Shown here: piece by piece, positions 58,115 to 64,000 of the stretch
Layout of the letters: every line of letters starts with the position of its first letter
Numbering within the stretch: position 1 is the stretch's first letter
Made by a program: the position numbers and the translations under genes
The notes under the pieces: model-generated
What the model saw: only the letters and a program-made list of their open reading frames with translations
Told to the model about the DNA's origin: nothing
Databases searched by the model: none
Assembly: GCA_964304625.1 (NCBI GenBank)
Contig: OZ199839.1
Coordinates: 10,137,087-10,201,086 of the forward strand
DNA length: 64,000 nt
Source of the DNA: Kudoa neothunni
Lineage: Eukaryota; Animalia; Cnidaria
Direction of reading: 5' to 3'

Positions 58115-59606
58115 AGTTATTCAATATGAAAGTGGAATGCTTATATAATAAAGTATAAAGAGATGACAACCACCCATATATCTGATATAATAACCTCCTT
58201 AAAACATCACCAGTTAATAAATGGCAATTATATACTATTATTACAAAATTAGTAGTTATATTAGTATTCATGATCATATCCTTCACTTACTTTTGCTAAA
58301 CGTTCTCTTAGTAATCAAATATAGGTAACCTTTTCATAAAACAATAATAGCAATCAGTAATTATACTCCATTTTTTTTCAAAATCATTATGTTAGAGAAA
58401 TATGATTTCAATGAATTTTTCTAATTTGAAGCTCATTTGAAATGTTTCGTTAGTTAATATATAATACTCTTTATATTTTTAACAAGCTGAATAATAATTT
58501 TTTTAAATATATTTAGAGGAAAATATTTTTACGTATGTTTAAATTAATTTTAATTTTTTCACGAGAATAAAACAATCAATGAAAATTATTTCAGCTTAAA
58601 TAATAAAATTCTTATCATTTTAATATCTTCAGTCATCTTAAAGTCACTAGAAACAAGTAAAAAAACATTTTTATAAATAATAACATTTAGTATTTTTTAT
58701 GAGGCGTAATATATAAATAAATGAATAACATGTCTGGAACGAGTTATTTCAATTATACTTAGCCATAAATAAAAAAATTCATGCAGGTTGTGAAAAGTTT
58801 TTATAAGATGTAAGTATTGTCTTAAACATTAGAACTAGTGTCTACTGATCGGCCCAGGGTAAAAATTTGCGTTATCCATAAATTATGGATAACAATGAAT
58901 ACCAATTCTTTTTATTTAAAAAATAGAATCGATGGCTCTTCTACAATAAAATTAAATCTAAAAATGACATTAACTATAATTGCTGAATTTTTGTTTTATC
59001 ATTATCATACAAATGTTCCATGTTATTAATAAAAATTCCCCATAAAATATACTTGTAAATTAGGTATCGGCATAAAAGGCGCGATGCGTTGCTTCGCCCA
59101 ATGATTGAGGAACAATCGCAAGTGTCCAGTGTCCCACAAATTTCATCCATTTTTGATTGAGTATGCTTCTTGTTCCGGTAAAAGATATTTTAAAAGCCAG
59201 TCTACTATTGATTAACATGTATACGTACGGTTGCCATCTGTTATTATATTCAAGTATAACTGTTTACGTTAAATTTAAAATTGGACAAAGAACATTCTGT
59301 TTATCTGAGGGAATGAGTCAAAATATTCGTAAAGGTTAATATGCCCCGCCATAGAAGTTATGTAAACTAATAAAGCAACAAAATAATAAAAATAAACTTT
59401 GATATTTTGTTGTAATGGCGTTTATTATAAACAGATTAACCCTATTCTAAGCAAGAAAATTTTACCATTACAAGCTATCAAATTAAATAATCTATACAAA
59501 AATACATAGGAAAAAATGAGCCACTAAATAGTTTATTTTATTTTCGGAAAAACTTCAAATAAGTACGAAATATGTTATATCGATTTTTATTGTACTTCCA
59601 CAAGTG

Positions 59607-59706
59607 CGGTCGAACCTCGATTACCCAGAAAATTTGTGACCAGCGCTTTTCTTTCCGGATAGCGAGGCTTCCGCTAATAGAATTCTGAATAATCGAGATT
59701 TGACAG
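59607..59706. mobile_element. ~100-bp pogo/Tigger-type hairpin MITE
   Basis: CGGTCGAACCTCGATTACCCAG versus reverse-complemented right end CTGTCAAATCTCGATTATTCAG; TA on the right flank. Confidence 0.55.
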
Positions 59707-60897
59707 TAGTTATAAAGTCGATTAAAAGAGTAATCCACAAACACGGAGTTGAGATATGATCACAAAGTGTTTTGGAAAGCTAAAAATTGTTAACGGGTGC
59801 CCTTTTTTTAAATTTTGATGGAGACGTATATATATTTTTAAGCGCCCAAACTCAATTAGTTTTGTTTTGCGCCATGCATATAAAATACTCAAAAAATATG
59901 ATTTAAGTGTTAAACGAAATTTTATCCAAATTCAGTTTAATTAATTTTGATACTCAAGAATTTTTTGAAAAAAACTTTCAGGTCTACTACGTCAAATATA
60001 TTTTCTTCATAATAATTATTATAATTGTGCGAAAAAAGAGACACAATTGTATATGTAATTACAATAGAGACTACTGTAATAATTATGATTGTAGTGAAAA
60101 TTAGTATTTGTAGTTGTAGTTGTCGCTAGCTTGATACACGCGATAGAGGTTGATGTTATGGGCATTAGGGAGCGTAGTTACCAAATCCTTTATTTTATTG
60201 GGATCATAACTGTAATTTAACCACTTAACTATGAATAATACGATAATCCAGTCCACCTGGATATATATTTTACCATCCCTGCATCATAAGTTTAAAAATA
60301 AATTACATTCTACTTTGGAAAGTTAATATTATATGTTTCTATGATTTTAAACTAATTACTATTTCCAATCAGTATAATATATTTTAACGATTTTGTGAGT
60401 AGATTATTATTCAGTTCACGTTAAACAACAGTTTTGATTCCTAGATACAAATAATTTACATAAATTTAATGAATATATGCTCCGTGTGACATTTTTAAAT
60501 GATATAATTATTTGATAACTTTAATACATAGACAACAATTCTTTGATTGATGATTTTACGTTTGCTAAAACAAGTTTAAAATAAATGCATATATTTACTT
60601 AACTATCACTGTGTTAATATTTAAATCGTATCCTTCATTATAATGATAAGAAACCTATTATACTAACAAAAATATTTTTCATATTTTGATATAAATCTTT
60701 GTGGGATTACATAAATATAATATAAAGTGACAAATTTTAATAAAATATTCCATTTAATATAAAACAACCAATTTGTAAATATAATTTACCAAAATCTAAA
60801 AGTGGTTCAATTAACAGTCAAATGTATCACAAATATTGATTTGATATATAAAAACATTGTTTTAATGAGATTAATAAACTCTTGATAAGGTCGATCC

Positions 60898-63860
60898 TTA
60901 TGCTTGATTCTTCTTGTAACCAAAGTATAATCCAACGATTACGACAACAATAACAATTGGTACCACAATTCCAATTATCCTAAATGGTAACTTACTCAAA
61001 CTCGACCATATTTAGTGTTAATACATGCTGGTGCTCGCCCTATAAATCAATGACAATAAATATTATTTTTACTCAATGTTACCTTGATTGATTGGAAGTC
61101 TCTCCTATATTTATGATTAAATTAATTATTAATTATTGTTAAATACCTTGTTTTATTCGCCCAACACCTTTAACTGTAGGATATTTGGAGTGAATAACCG
61201 TTAAATGATAATCACTAGTATCGTTTACGCCTTCAATTGTGAATGACTTGCATGTAGGTAGTTTACAACCACCAACTCCACTTGTAACACATTTTTTCAC
61301 TAATTGGTAAAGAAGGATCGTTCAAATTTCTCAACATCCATCGACACCTTGAATTTTCATTCTTTTCTTTTGGAAGCAATGATGTAATTTTAAGGTGTCA
61401 CCAACTCTTTCGATAATCACTGTGATTTGTTTGTCCAATTCCGCAGGATTCTCAGGTGGAATATCTATTTGTATGTGATGTATTAGAACTTTATATAATT
61501 TGGTTGATAAATATTGTACTTTTGGGGGTATCGATGGTAATTTCTTCCGATCTTTCCACAGCCGTAACCAACACTTGATATTCTTTGTCTGCTTCGTAAA
61601 CCCTCACCGATAATTATGCTACTGCATAATGGTGGTTCACTACATGGTGGGAATTTAGAATGAGTAGTCACAGGAGGAGTGGCTGATGCCGGAGTCGTCG
61701 TAGATGAACTTTGAGATGTATCACCTCCGCTACTTGCTCTGGCCACTCTATTACTGTGATAATTAGTCTCACTGATCAACCGAGATTGTTTTGTTTCTGG
61801 ATCATTGGTAGACTGGTCAACATTGACGGTAGGTGGTTGGCCTGCGAAGGAGATGGACAACAGTTGGGCAGGAATAAACTACATCTGAACTAATTCCATT
61901 TTTAACTTTGAGTTTATAGCTACAAACTGCTTCTGGATATGCAGTTGTTAATCTTCCAACAACCTGAAATCCTTTGTCTAGGAATTTGTGGGATAGAGTG
62001 AGGGTTGAAAAGGCTAATAAACGTAAATTAAATGTGATTGCGATAGCTCATTTTTACTAGTTGAAACATTCTCAAATATTTTTTCACCATAATCTTTATT
62101 TGAAACAACTTTGATATCATAATTTGTTTTTGGGTGTAAATTTATCAATTTCTGTGTATCCTTGCAAAATCCTCTGCATGGGTTACTATCTTCACATTCT
62201 GCTTCTACAAACATGTGTTACCTGTTTTACTGATGTAGTATGAACATGTTGGTTGGGTAGTTGTTGTTTCCACTGGTCCGTCGATTGCCTTGATTGTTGC
62301 AGTTACGTCATTTGTCGTAGGTGTTGTAGAGACAAAGTCAGATCCTGTATTTTTAACTAAAGAAATTTAACGAACGTAATAAATCTATTCCATTACTTGT
62401 TTTCAAAAACAAATATTCTTTGAAGCCATTGTAATTATCCATATTTGTTGGTGAAATTTCAATTATATATGCTTTTCCTGAAGCCAATTCATTTATTGCG
62501 GCGTTTGATGAACAGTCTGTTCCGCAATCATTACTTGAGCATTTGGCGGCAGTTCCATCATTTGGTCTGAGTTTATCAGCTGGAAATGCTTTAATGTACA
62601 AGTAGTAAATTTTTTGACATCTTCACCATCTGGATTATAAAGGGATCGTTTAAATGTTACACCGGTAGTAGAATGTGCAGTTAAAAGAGAACTTGCGTTT
62701 GCATCCTCCACAATAGCTAAAATTATTAAACATTTCTGTAGAACTGATAAAAACTATACCAAATTTGCTCTCTTCATAACCTTCAAAGGCAGAATTTGTT
62801 TCTTCTAGCTTATGATGCCTGGTTTGAATTAATATTTTCACGATTGGCTTGGATAGATACGGCAAGTGCCAATTCCACATTATCACATGGTGCGTAACAA
62901 TTTTTCCCAGCTCCACCACCGCACGATGATGCATAAGTGGCTGTTTCATCACTAGCATTGTCTACTGCATCCTTTATATGAAATAGGCATATTTCCGATG
63001 GAAATGCATTTTGGAATTTAAGCATATAATTTTTCTTTTGAGTGTCGCCATGCTTATAGGTCACATAGTATTGAGGTTTATAAACGTCAATATTTTTTTT
63101 TCATATAAGAATTTGGCATATTGTAGAAAAAACTTGGGTAGTTCGTGCATTTCATCTCATAATGAGGAATCATTGGATCAAAATCAACTGTATTTTCTTG
63201 ATTCTCGACTACACACGTATCACCAGCGGTACCGGCTGCGTAGGTGACGCCCTTGTATAAAATTGGACATGCTACTTTAGGGCATGTTTTAGTTGCGACC
63301 TTTAACTTCTTGTCGGCATCAGTAGATATTGTAACTATTGGATTCACCAGAAGTGCTATTCATAATTTATTTTATGTTACTATTCAATTTAGCATACGAG
63401 TTGACAACCCAAAAAACGTCTCCGCCATTGTTTTTTTCTTTTATTGCGGTAAATTCCTGGCCAGAAAACACATAGATGTATTTTGTTCTTGGTGATAGAG
63501 CATTAAATGCCAGTTTAATATCATTATCGGAACATACACGGAGGCATTTATCGTTTCCATCAGGAGTATCACTATTAGAGCATGGGGTTATTTGTTCAAT
63601 ATCGGTACCATCTTCCTTTTCTTTTCTTATTAGACATTTTTTTCCATTGGCATCATAGACCGATCCGGATAAAGTGAGATGTACTTTATCTCCATCTGCA
63701 ATGCTATATGAGAGTTGTTTATCAGGTTTGGTAGACACATCTGGAGTTGCATGCACAGATTCCTTATTTATGACTACAAATGATTAAATACAATGATAAT
63801 TTTAATAAAATTACAGGAAAATATAATCAAAACATTAAATAAGGCAATAGGAACCTTCAT
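60898..63860 (-). pseudogene. Cys-rich membrane protein copy D: tandem duplicate of C with multiple frameshifts (pseudogene or consensus errors)
   Basis: Colinear with C at a ~5.75 kb offset, including introns and 3' flank. Single-base indels near 63413, 63095, 62855, 62584, 62217, 61852, 61599 and 61389. TM IIGIVVPIVIVVVIVGLYFGY, tail KKNQA*. Confidence 0.7.
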
Positions 63861-64000
63861 TGTTGTTGAATAAGAAATAAATCTGCTTATTTAACAAAGT
63901 ATGAATAGACAATATCAATTCATATTTGTAAAATAAGAATCTCCTTTAAAAAATTATTAATTAATAAATCGAAACTATATATGATTATTACATTAACACT

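Overview
AT-rich eukaryotic genomic DNA, not prokaryotic. Genes are split by tiny GT-AG introns (mostly 39-100 nt), so the ORF track mostly shows exon fragments and noise. A YY1 orthologue indicates an animal. Divergent proteins, miniature introns and TE-filled spacers suggest a reduced parasitic lineage such as a myxozoan or orthonectid (inference only). Hand-spliced genes: ICMT, YY1, a TPR protein, CHORDC1, GNL2/NOG2 (two ~3.3 kb introns), TIM17, COX17, and a second COX17 paralogue that is missing from the ORF track and lacks the Cu-binding CC motif. There are four copies (A-D) of an unrecognised ~3 kb gene for a signal-peptide, Cys-rich, FN3-like multi-module surface protein. Copy B lies between two near-identical 748-bp hAT-type MITEs with swapped target-site duplications, and a Helitron-like 5' end is split across the enclosed segment. 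That layout is expected from integration of a circular, gene-carrying intermediate, or from a mis-assembly. The remaining DNA holds degraded pogo/Tigger, hAT and Helitron-like elements and minisatellites. All splicing, translation and alignment was done by eye.
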